Shown: positions 9,677 to 18,267 of the stretch, piece after piece | How the letters are laid out: every line of letters begins with the position of its first letter | Position numbering within the stretch: the first letter of the stretch is position 1 | From: a bacterium | GTDB taxonomy: Bacteria; Bacillota_I; Bacilli_A; RF39; UBA660 | NCBI GenBank assembly: GCA_963661295.1 | Contig: CAVLBI010000133.1 | Location: 168-64,167 of the forward strand | Reading direction: 5' to 3' | Length of the DNA: 64,000 nucleotides | Notes under the pieces: model-generated | The model's input: the letters and a program-made list of their open reading frames with translations, nothing else | The model's database searches: none | Told to the model about the DNA's origin: nothing | Program-made: the position numbers and the translations under genes

Positions 9677-10831
9677 ATGAAAAAAACAATTTTAATAGTA
9701 TTATCATTATTTCTATTATTATCAATGAATCAAAAAAAAGAAGAAACAGAAAAAGAATCTACTGAAACAAGAGCTATCTTTATAAGTTATATTGAACTAA
9801 GTAAATACATAAAAGGAAAAGATTATGACACAAGCAAAAATAATATAAAAAATATGATTAATAATATAGAAAAATTAAAATGTAACACAATAATATTACA
9901 AATAAGATTTGGATCAGATGCTATATATAAATCAAATATATATCCCACTAGTATGCACATAGTTGAAAATGAAGGAGATGAATACTATGATGTTTTAAAA
10001 TACTTCATAAATATATCCCATAAAAAAAATATTAAAGTAATTGCCTGGATTAATCCCTATAGAATAAGAACAACAGAAGATATATCTACCATATCCGAAA
10101 AAAATCCTGCATATAAATATCTAGATACAGATATTGTCTACATAAACAATGGAATATATTATAATCCATCAAAAAAAGAAACAGAAGATTTAATAATAGA
10201 AGGAGTAAAAGAAGTATTAGAATACAAAATAGATGGACTATTGTTTGATGATTATTTCTATCCTGATACAAAAATAGACGAAAAAGACTACCAAGAATAT
10301 ATAAAGAATAATAACTATATAGAGCCTGATAAATATAGATTAAATATAGTAAATGAAACAATCAAAAAGGTACATAAAGAGTGTTCTAATAAAAATATAG
10401 AATTCGGTATATCTCCTGATGGTAATATTGAAAATAATTATAATAAAAACTATGCAGATGTTAAAACTTGGTTAAAAGAAAAAAACTATGTTGATTTTAT
10501 TATGCCTCAAATATATTATGGCTTTTATAACAGTACAAGAGCATATACAAAAGTTATACATGAATGGGAGTCTCTTATAGAAAATGAAGATATTGACTAT
10601 TATATAGCTCTTGCATTTTATAAAGTAGGTAAAGAAGATAAATATGCGAAAAATGGGTTTAACGAATGGATAGAAAATGATAATATCATAATGAAAGAAA
10701 TAATATTATCAAGAAATCTAAAAAATTATAAAGGATTTAGTCTGTTTAGATATGACAATATCTTTGATAGTGATACATATTCAAGTACTAGTTTAAAAGA
10801 AATAGAAAATCTAAAAAAAGTATTAAAATAG
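9677..10831 (+). CDS. secreted glycoside-hydrolase-like protein (GHL10/DUF187 family)
   Basis: Signal peptide, then the TIM-barrel-like pattern NTIILQIRFGSDAIY ... VIAWINPYRI ... DGLLFDDYFYP. Confidence 0.55.
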   Translation: MKKTILIVLSLFLLLSMNQKKEETEKESTETRAIFISYIELSKYIKGKDYDTSKNNIKNMINNIEKLKCNTIILQIRFGSDAIYKSNIYPTSMHIVENEGDEYYDVLKYFINISHKKNIKVIAWINPYRIRTTEDISTISEKNPAYKYLDTDIVYINNGIYYNPSKKETEDLIIEGVKEVLEYKIDGLLFDDYFYPDTKIDEKDYQEYIKNNNYIEPDKYRLNIVNETIKKVHKECSNKNIEFGISPDGNIENNYNKNYADVKTWLKEKNYVDFIMPQIYYGFYNSTRAYTKVIHEWESLIENEDIDYYIALAFYKVGKEDKYAKNGFNEWIENDNIIMKEIILSRNLKNYKGFSLFRYDNIFDSDTYSSTSLKEIENLKKVLK

Positions 10832-10882
10832 TTTTTCTAAAATAAACTATTTTGATATAATTGAGTAGAAGGTAGTGATAAA

Positions 10883-11443
10883 ATGAAAAATAATAAAGGA
10901 TTTACTCTAGTAGAAGTTCTAGCAATGTTATTAGTACTTGGAATAATTGTTGGTATTACAATTCCTAACATAACAGGTATTTTAGGTAGTCAAAAAGAAA
11001 ATATATTAATTGAAGATGCAAAAAAATTAATAAATGATGCTGAAACGCAAATGACTATAAATTCAAAAATAAAAAAACCAGTAAACAGTAGTCAATGTGT
11101 AATATTTACACTTGATTATTTAGATAAGAATGAAGATGTAGTAAAAGGAAACGATAATGCTGTATACTCAAGGACAATGTCAGTTGTGGTAGTATCTAAA
11201 CATGGTAAACAATATGACTATAAGGTAAGATTACTTGAAAATGTAGATGGAATATATTATGGATTTGATAGTGTAGGAAAAGATAGCTTGGAATCTGGTA
11301 GTGCAAAAAATGCTTTAAAAAATGTTACAGAAGGACTTGTAGACTTTAAAGACAAGTCATCAACAACACAAGCACAAAGTGCTATGGGATCAACTACAAT
11401 ATGTGGATGTCAATCATCAAACTTAGTAGATTTCTATGGATAA
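10883..11443 (+). CDS. prepilin-type N-terminal cleavage/methylation domain protein (type IV pilin/pseudopilin)
   Basis: MKNNKG|FTLVEVLAMLLVLGIIVGI: class III signal with G-1/F+1/E+5. C-terminal Cys pair. Confidence 0.8.
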   Translation: MKNNKGFTLVEVLAMLLVLGIIVGITIPNITGILGSQKENILIEDAKKLINDAETQMTINSKIKKPVNSSQCVIFTLDYLDKNEDVVKGNDNAVYSRTMSVVVVSKHGKQYDYKVRLLENVDGIYYGFDSVGKDSLESGSAKNALKNVTEGLVDFKDKSSTTQAQSAMGSTTICGCQSSNLVDFYG

Positions 11444-11550
11444 ATTTATATAATAAAAAACAGTGTAAACTATGCAATAAATTATTGCAAAAAAAATTTA
11501 GACATGATATATTGATATTGTAACAATAAGATAAGAAAGAGAGTGAAAAA

Positions 11551-12147
11551 ATGAAAAAGAATTTGAGAAGTGCTGGATTTACATTAATCGAGTTACTTGC
11601 AGTTATTACAATTTTAGGTATTTTAATGATGGTAGCAATCCCATCAGTATCTCGTACAATTGAAAACGCAAGACGTGATACATTTGCAGATGTTGCAAAA
11701 GAGTATGTTAATCAAGTTAGAAATGCTGTACTTGCAGATGAATTAAACTGTGGTACAGGAACAAATGTACAAAGCGTAGGAGCAACACCAGATGGAGTGT
11801 ATTATTATGAAATTGATACAACTTCAACTGGAACAACAGATTTAATGGAATCAGGTGGAAAATCATCTTGGTCAAATGCTGAAATCAAAGGTTATGTTGC
11901 TTGGAAGAAAGAAACAAAAACAACTAGTGGAACAAATACAAAAACAACAACAACTTATGCAACATTATTAGTAGACGCTGGAGAACATGGTATTGAGACA
12001 TTTACTCTTGAAAAAGATATTTCAAGATCAAAAGTAACAACAGCAGCATCAACTAATAAATATGCAAATGCAATATCTGGTATTAGTACTACTGTTGGAG
12101 CTACTACTGCATTTGGAAAAACACCTACAAAATGTACATTAAAATAA
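11551..12147 (+). CDS. prepilin-type pilin-like protein with a Thr/Gly-rich C-terminal region
   Basis: MKKNLRSAG|FTLIELLAVITILGILMMVAIP. C-terminal Cys (NCGTG...KCTLK). Confidence 0.8.
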   Translation: MKKNLRSAGFTLIELLAVITILGILMMVAIPSVSRTIENARRDTFADVAKEYVNQVRNAVLADELNCGTGTNVQSVGATPDGVYYYEIDTTSTGTTDLMESGGKSSWSNAEIKGYVAWKKETKTTSGTNTKTTTTYATLLVDAGEHGIETFTLEKDISRSKVTTAASTNKYANAISGISTTVGATTAFGKTPTKCTLK

Positions 12148-12161
12148 TTTAAATATTACAA

Positions 12162-12187
12162 AAGAACTTTTCATAAGTTCTTTTTTC
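12162..12187 (+). terminator. rho-independent terminator after the pilin gene pair
   Basis: AAGAACTTTTCATAAGTTCTTTTTT hairpin plus T-run. Confidence 0.5.
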
Positions 12188-12236
12188 TTGTCAGAATATA
12201 ATTAAAATTGATATACTAATCTAGGAGATGATTAAT

Positions 12237-13124
12237 ATGCCAATACTTGGATGTCACGTTGGATTTAAAAAAGATACACAATTATTAGGAAGCCTACAAG
12301 AAACCCTAAGTTATAATGCTGATACATTTATGTTTTATACAGGAGCTCCTCAAAATACAAAAAGAAATAATATAGAAGATGGACTAACTCTTCAAGCTCT
12401 TAATATTATGAAAGAAAAAAATATTGATTATTCTAAAGTAATTGTTCATGCCCCATACATTGTAAATTTATGTAATGAAAACAACTTTTCATTCTCAGTT
12501 TCTTTCTTAACAGAAGAAATGAATAGGTGTAATTTATTAGAAGTAAAATATATGGTACTTCATCCAGGAAGCCATGTAGGTATTGGTGAAGAAGCAGGAC
12601 TAAATAATATTATTAAAGGTCTAAATCTTGTATTTGAAAACTTAAAAGATAACAATAATGTAACAATACTTCTAGAAACAATGGCTGGAAAAGGGACAGA
12701 GCTTGGAACAACAATAGAACAATTAAAATATATAATTGATAATATAAATGATAAAGATCATATTGGAGTATGTCTAGACACATGTCATTTAAATGATGCA
12801 GGATACGACCTAAATAATTTTGATGATTACCTAGACTCATTTGATAAATTAATTGGAATAAATAAAATAGGGTGTATACATGTAAATGATTCAAAGAATG
12901 ATATATCATCACATAAAGATAGACATGAAAATATAGGTTTTGGTACAATTGGATTTGATACACTAATAAATATTATCTACAACAAACGTCTAGAAAACAT
13001 TCCAAAAATACTAGAAACACCATATGTAGATAAAAAATACCCACCATATAAATATGAAATAGAAATGATAAGAAAAAAAGAATTTAATAAAAATTTAATA
13101 GAAACAATAAAGAAGCAAGATTAA
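12237..13124 (+). CDS. nfo: endonuclease IV (AP endonuclease, Nfo family)
   Basis: HAPYIVNL, HPGSH, LETMAGKGTELG and CLDTCHLNDAGYD metal-site motifs. TAGGAGA RBS precedes ATG 12237. Confidence 0.9.
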   Translation: MPILGCHVGFKKDTQLLGSLQETLSYNADTFMFYTGAPQNTKRNNIEDGLTLQALNIMKEKNIDYSKVIVHAPYIVNLCNENNFSFSVSFLTEEMNRCNLLEVKYMVLHPGSHVGIGEEAGLNNIIKGLNLVFENLKDNNNVTILLETMAGKGTELGTTIEQLKYIIDNINDKDHIGVCLDTCHLNDAGYDLNNFDDYLDSFDKLIGINKIGCIHVNDSKNDISSHKDRHENIGFGTIGFDTLINIIYNKRLENIPKILETPYVDKKYPPYKYEIEMIRKKEFNKNLIETIKKQD

Positions 13125-13136
13125 TGCTTCTTTTCT

Positions 13137-13352
13137 TTATAAATACTTCCTTTTATACTCAATATATAAACTAAGTAATTCTTTATATAAAACAGGATTT
13201 AACTTATCTCTAATGCTTTTAAAGACTTTAATATTTTCATCAAGTAATTCATTATAATTATACATAATAAAATCATAAATAATAATAGCTTCATCATCAC
13301 TATATTTGATGTTTTTCATATCAGCAAACTTTTTTAGATCATTTACTGTCAA
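13137..13352 (-). CDS. small conserved hypothetical protein (DUF2624-like)
   Basis: 71-aa ORF with the VNDLKKFAD ... ELL ... KELLSLY pattern. Divergent from the PBP gene. Confidence 0.45.
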   Translation of the reverse strand: MTVNDLKKFADMKNIKYSDDEAIIIYDFIMYNYNELLDENIKVFKSIRDKLNPVLYKELLSLYIEYKRKYL

Positions 13353-13457
13353 TTTATTTATATTATTTCTAATAAGTTCTTTAATTTATATCACCTCTCA
13401 ACAAAATATATGAAATTTTTATTTAATTATGTGTTAAACTATTACTAGGTGAAAAAA

Positions 13458-15506
13458 ATGTATAAAAACAAGAAGAGTAAAAAAATAAATTTTGATAAAA
13501 TAATTAATTTTAGATTTACTATTATTTTAGTATTAGTAGTTATTTTATTTGGGGTATTATTTATATCAGTGACAAATGTTATGCTTGTAAATAATAAGAA
13601 GTATAGCGAATCATTAAAGAAACTATCATATACAGAAATAACAGGTAGTAGTAGTCCAAGAGGAAGAATATATGATAGGAATCATAATGTAATAGTTGAT
13701 AATAAAGCATTAAAAACAATTATATATAAAAAAGCTAAAGGAACTAAAAATACTGAAATGATAGAAACAGCATCAATTGTTGCGCCTCATCTTGACTTAG
13801 ATTATTCCAAACTAACAGATAGAGCCAAAAGAGAATACTACTATGCGAAAAATAAAGATGAATGTAATAAGTTAGTAACAAGTAAAGAAATAGAAAAAGT
13901 AAATCAAAGAAAAATGACACAAACCGAATTAGAGGAATTGAAGCTTGCTCGAATTGATGAGGAAAAATTGAACTTCTCTGATGATGAAAAGAAAGTAGCT
14001 TATCTTTATTATTTAATGAATAAAGGTTATACTTATGAATCTAAAATTATCAAAAGTAACGCAACAGATGAAGAATATGCCTATATTTCTGAACATAATG
14101 AAGATTTAAATGGATTTAATACACAGATTGATTGGGAAAGGGTCTATCCATATGGTGACGTATTTAGAACTCTTCTAGGAAATGTTTCAACATCGACTCA
14201 AGGTCTTCCAGCGGAAGAAAAAGAATATTACTTAAAAAAAGGATATAGTTTAAATGATAGAGTAGGAACAAGTTATATTGAAAAGCAATATGAAGAATAT
14301 CTTCATGGTGAAAAAGCTGTATATGAAGTAGTTAATTCCCATGAAACTAAGTTAGTAAAAGAAGGTTCTCGTGGTAAAGATATAGTCCTAAGTATTGACA
14401 TAAATCTTCAACAAGCAGTTGAACAAATTTTAGCAGAAGAAATTACAAAAGCAAAAACTGAACCAAATACTGATTATTATGATCACTCAAGTGTTATAAT
14501 TCAAGACCCATCAACTGGAGAAATTTTAGCTATGGCAAGTAAAAAATATGTAAATGGACAAATAGTCGATAATACATCATCACTATTAACATCACCAATA
14601 ACTCCAGGTTCTGTAGTAAAAGGAGCATCAATGCTTGTAGGATATAATACTGGGGCCGTAAAAATTGGCGAAAAGATGCTTGATGAATGTGTAAAAGTTG
14701 CAGGAACACCAGAAAAATGCTCATCAGTTAATAACTTAGGCGTAATTGATGATATAACAGCTCTTGCAAAAAGTAGTAATGTTTATCAGTTCAAAATAGC
14801 AATCCGTGTAAATGGTCAAGAATACTATAGAGGAATGCGACTAAACTTTAATCAAAAAGCATTTGACACCTATAGAGAAATGTATCATTCATTTGGTCTT
14901 GGAGTCAAAACAGAAATTGACCTACCAGTTGAAAGTTTAGGTTATTCTGCAAAACAAGATGTTGCAGCAGGAAACTTATTAGATTACGTAATGGGGCAAT
15001 ATGAAACATACACTCCAATTCAACTTTCCCAATATATAACAACAATTGCAAATGGTGGCGAAAGACTACAACCACATCTTTTAAAAGAAGTTCATAAGTC
15101 AAGTAGTACAGAAGAAATTGGACCAGTAGAGAAAAAGATAGAGAAAAACGTATTAAATAAAATAAATACGAAAGAAGAATATATGAACAGAGTAAAAGAA
15201 GGATTTATTGCCGTACTAAATAGCCCAGGAGGATATGGAGTAGGTTACATGTCAAAAGATATGAAGCCAGCTGGTAAGACAGGAACATCTCAAAGTTTTA
15301 TTGATACAAATAATGATGGTATAATAGATACAGAAACAATTACCAGTTCGTTTGTAGGTTATGCTCCATATGATAATCCAAAAATGAGTATCATGGTAAC
15401 GTCACCTGATTCATCACATCCAAATTCAAGCTATAATTACGCAAGTTTAGTAACATATCATATAACTCAAAAAATATCTCAAAAATACACAGAGCTATAT
15501 GGATAA
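13458..15506 (+). CDS. class B penicillin-binding protein (PBP2-type transpeptidase)
   Basis: N-terminal TM anchor. SxxK (SVVK), SxN (SSN) and KTG (KTGTSQ) motifs. AGGTGA RBS before ATG 13458. Confidence 0.9.
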   Translation: MYKNKKSKKINFDKIINFRFTIILVLVVILFGVLFISVTNVMLVNNKKYSESLKKLSYTEITGSSSPRGRIYDRNHNVIVDNKALKTIIYKKAKGTKNTEMIETASIVAPHLDLDYSKLTDRAKREYYYAKNKDECNKLVTSKEIEKVNQRKMTQTELEELKLARIDEEKLNFSDDEKKVAYLYYLMNKGYTYESKIIKSNATDEEYAYISEHNEDLNGFNTQIDWERVYPYGDVFRTLLGNVSTSTQGLPAEEKEYYLKKGYSLNDRVGTSYIEKQYEEYLHGEKAVYEVVNSHETKLVKEGSRGKDIVLSIDINLQQAVEQILAEEITKAKTEPNTDYYDHSSVIIQDPSTGEILAMASKKYVNGQIVDNTSSLLTSPITPGSVVKGASMLVGYNTGAVKIGEKMLDECVKVAGTPEKCSSVNNLGVIDDITALAKSSNVYQFKIAIRVNGQEYYRGMRLNFNQKAFDTYREMYHSFGLGVKTEIDLPVESLGYSAKQDVAAGNLLDYVMGQYETYTPIQLSQYITTIANGGERLQPHLLKEVHKSSSTEEIGPVEKKIEKNVLNKINTKEEYMNRVKEGFIAVLNSPGGYGVGYMSKDMKPAGKTGTSQSFIDTNNDGIIDTETITSSFVGYAPYDNPKMSIMVTSPDSSHPNSSYNYASLVTYHITQKISQKYTELYG

Positions 15507-15509
15507 TAT

Positions 15510-15538
15510 TTGACAAAAAAAGAAAAAATTAATATTAT
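15510..15538 (+). promoter_or_regulatory. sigma-A type promoter (TTGACA-17-TATTAT) for the sortase gene
   Basis: TTGACA at 15510..15515, a 17-nt spacer, and TATTAT at 15533..15538. Confidence 0.45.
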
Positions 15539-15567
15539 AGGAAATATTTTAGAAGTTAGGAGTACAA

Positions 15568-16350
15568 ATGAAGTTTGAAGAGTATAAAAAAATAAATATG
15601 AAAAAAGTAATACTTAAACCCTTATTAATATTAGTAGTAATAATATTAATTTTTTCTAGTATAACAATTTATCTATTTACAAAAGAAAACAAAGATAATA
15701 ACCAAACATCAAATAAAAAAGATGATGTAGTAGAAAAAGTAAAACCAGTAAAATCGGTAGAACCATATTACAATGAACTACCAACTGCAAGAGAAAATTA
15801 TAATAATCAAAATATTATGGCAAAAATCGAAATACCAAACATGAATATTAATAATTATGTAACAAGAGCAGATAACAATAGTTATTATCTAAATTACAAT
15901 CTTTATAATGTATATGATCAAATTGGAGCTCCATTTATAGACTACAGAAATACAGATCTTGTAAATGCAAAACAAATAAATATTTATGGACATAATACTC
16001 AAAATGAAGCAATTTACGATAAATTGCCATTCGTTAATTTAGAAAAATATACAGACCAAGCAACATTCGAAGCAAATAAAACAATATATTTATATCTAGA
16101 TGAAAAGAAAGTAGAATATAAAATAATCGCAATTAAGATAGTAACAACAGACATAGAACATATGAAAGTATCATTTAGTAGTGATAGTGACTTCAAAGAA
16201 CATACAGAAAAATTACTCTCTGATAGTTTATTTAGAGACACATCAGAAAAAGTCACAAAAAAAGACAGATTACTAGTTCTACAAATATGTCACTATGATC
16301 CAATGGATTCATATTTATTAGTAATAGCAAAAACAGTTAATGAGCAGTAA
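15568..16350 (+). CDS. srtB: class B sortase
   Basis: N-terminal TM anchor. IEIPNMNINNYV, FIDYRN, NIYGHN (catalytic His) and LLVLQICHYD (catalytic Cys) align with the S. aureus SrtB blocks INYPV / FMDFRN / ILYGHH / IMTLSTCE. Confidence 0.75.
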   Translation: MKFEEYKKINMKKVILKPLLILVVIILIFSSITIYLFTKENKDNNQTSNKKDDVVEKVKPVKSVEPYYNELPTARENYNNQNIMAKIEIPNMNINNYVTRADNNSYYLNYNLYNVYDQIGAPFIDYRNTDLVNAKQINIYGHNTQNEAIYDKLPFVNLEKYTDQATFEANKTIYLYLDEKKVEYKIIAIKIVTTDIEHMKVSFSSDSDFKEHTEKLLSDSLFRDTSEKVTKKDRLLVLQICHYDPMDSYLLVIAKTVNEQ

Positions 16351-16408
16351 TCATTGAAAAAATACAAATTTTATGTTATAATACAGCCATATTAAAGGGG
16401 ATGTTAAT

Positions 16409-16606
16409 ATGAAAAATCTAAAAATAATATGGCCAACTGTACTAGCATTTTTACTTATTGGAACACTTAATTCATGTCAGGACTATCAAAAAAATCATAC
16501 TTCAAAAGAATCAGAAAATATAACTTTTAAAGTAGAAAGCGTTGATTTTGATAAAGTATTTATCAAAGCAACACCAGAAGAAATCGAAAAAACAAGAACA
16601 AAATAA
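16409..16606 (+). CDS. small lipoprotein (hypothetical)
   Basis: Lipobox LIGTLNSC after the signal peptide. Confidence 0.5.
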   Translation: MKNLKIIWPTVLAFLLIGTLNSCQDYQKNHTSKESENITFKVESVDFDKVFIKATPEEIEKTRTK

Positions 16607-16618
16607 CTAAATATTAAT

Positions 16619-16649
16619 AAAAAGCTCATATTATTATAAAAAAGCTTTT
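16619..16649 (+). terminator. rho-independent terminator
   Basis: AAAAGCTCATATTATTATAAAAAAGCTTTT hairpin. Confidence 0.5.
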
Positions 16650-16675
16650 GCAAATTAAGAAAACTTTGATATAAT
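16648..16675 (+). promoter_or_regulatory. sigma-A promoter (TTGCAA-16-TATAAT with TG extension) for rpmG
   Basis: TTGCAA at 16648..16653 and TGATATAAT ending at 16675. Confidence 0.5.
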
Positions 16676-16704
16676 ACCTATAGACGTGTAAGGAGGGAAG
16701 GAAA

Positions 16705-16869
16705 ATGGCTAAAGTAGGAAACAGACAATACAAAACATTAGTATGTAGTGAATGTAAAGAAGAAAACTACAGAGAAGAAAAAAACGTAAGAAACACAACA
16801 GAACGTCTTGAACTTAACAAATACTGTCCTAGATGTAGAAAACATACTACACATAAGGAAAAAAAATAA
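16705..16869 (+). CDS. rpmG: 50S ribosomal protein L33
   Basis: 54 aa, [22 protein letters not shown]...[14 protein letters not shown], with a C4 zinc ribbon. AGGAGGGAAGGAAA RBS. Not in the ORF track because it is under 60 aa. Confidence 0.9.
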   Translation: MAKVGNRQYKTLVCSECKEENYREEKNVRNTTERLELNKYCPRCRKHTTHKEKK

Positions 16870-16918
16870 AAATAAAATAAGCTAATAACTTATTTTTTAA
16901 TTTATTAGAGGTGAATTT

Positions 16919-17476
16919 ATGATTAGTACAAATGATTTAAAAAATGGAATTACAATTGAATATGAAGGAAATATTTATGTTGTAATGGATACACAACATG
17001 TTAAACCTGGAAAAGGTGCTGCTATTGTAAAAGCAAAACTTAAAAATCTAAGAACAGGAGCTATCTTTGAACAAACATTTAATGCTGGTGTTAAAGTAGC
17101 AACTGCACGTATTGAAAAACAATTAATGCAATATCTATATAATATGAACGATATTTATTATTTCATGAATATGGATTCATATGAACAATTAGAGTTAAAT
17201 GCATCTCAAATTGGAAATCAAGCAAAATTCCTTAAAGAAAACCTTGAAGTTTATATTACAAGCTATGAAGGAGAAATTTTAGGATTAGATTTACCAGATA
17301 AAGTTGAATTAGTTATTACTCACACAGAACCTGCAGTAAAAGGAAATACTACAACAAATGCCTTAAAAGATGCAGAATGTGAAACTGGATTAATGGTAAG
17401 AGTTCCATTATTCATTGAACAAGGTGAAAAAATAATTATTTCTACATCAGATGGAAAATATGTATCAAGAGCTTAA
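16919..17476 (+). CDS. efp: elongation factor P
   Basis: 185 aa. KPGKGAAIVKAKLKNLRTGA with the conserved Lys loop. Confidence 0.95.
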   Translation: MISTNDLKNGITIEYEGNIYVVMDTQHVKPGKGAAIVKAKLKNLRTGAIFEQTFNAGVKVATARIEKQLMQYLYNMNDIYYFMNMDSYEQLELNASQIGNQAKFLKENLEVYITSYEGEILGLDLPDKVELVITHTEPAVKGNTTTNALKDAECETGLMVRVPLFIEQGEKIIISTSDGKYVSRA

Positions 17477-17551
17477 TGCTCTTTTTTTATTGACTCCGAT
17501 GTTTTAAATAATTATAATAACTAACTAGTCAGAAAGAATTGGTGAATAATA

Positions 17552-18190
17552 ATGGAAACAAATGAAAATATAGAGATATGTAAAAATTGTGGCGGAAAAT
17601 GTTGCAAGAAAAGTGGATGTGACTACTGGCCTAGTGATTTGTCTGAAAAAACATATAAAGGCATTTAAAAATTCTTAGAAAGTGGAAAAGTATCCATCGT
17701 TGCAATAATGAAATTTAAAAGAATAAATGGAAAAATATGTAACTTTCCATTTCTATACCTACGTGCAAGAAATACAGAAAGAGATATAGTGGACTTATTA
17801 TCAATGAAAACACCATGCTCTAGTTTAACTGAAAATGGATGCAGCTATACATATGCTGAAAGACCATCAAGTGGAAAAAACTTAACACCAAGCAAAGATG
17901 GTCTATGCTTTCAAAAAGAAGATAATTTAAAGAAAATATTAGAGTGGCAACCATACCAAAAACAATTAGAAAAGATAGTAAAAAGATATACTGGAATGTC
18001 AGTTGATGATAAATTAAAAGAAGATGTAGTTGCACTTCTAACTGATATAAAAGAAGAAAACTTTAAAAATGTTTCAGAATTAGAAATAATAGACATAAAA
18101 AGAATGCTGCCAATGCTTATAGAATGTTATCAAGAAGAGGCAAAAAAAGTATTAAATAGTAATAATAAACTATTAGTAAAAAAAGACTGA
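17552..18190 (+). pseudogene. YkgJ-family (CxxCxxCC putative Fe-S/Zn-binding, PF03692-like) gene interrupted by an in-frame TAA at 17666..17668
   Basis: ATG 17552 encodes METNENIEICKNCGGKCCKKSGCDYWPSDL...KGI, then TAA. The same frame continues KFLESGKVSIVAIMKFKR...TPCSSLTENGCSYTYAERP (the second Cys cluster of the family) through to 18190. Confidence 0.6.
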
Positions 18191-18267
18191 TTTATATTAA
18201 TTCATTAGACATAATAACGTCATTAAAAGAGTTATTATGTTTTTATTTATCAAAAAAATGTAGTATA

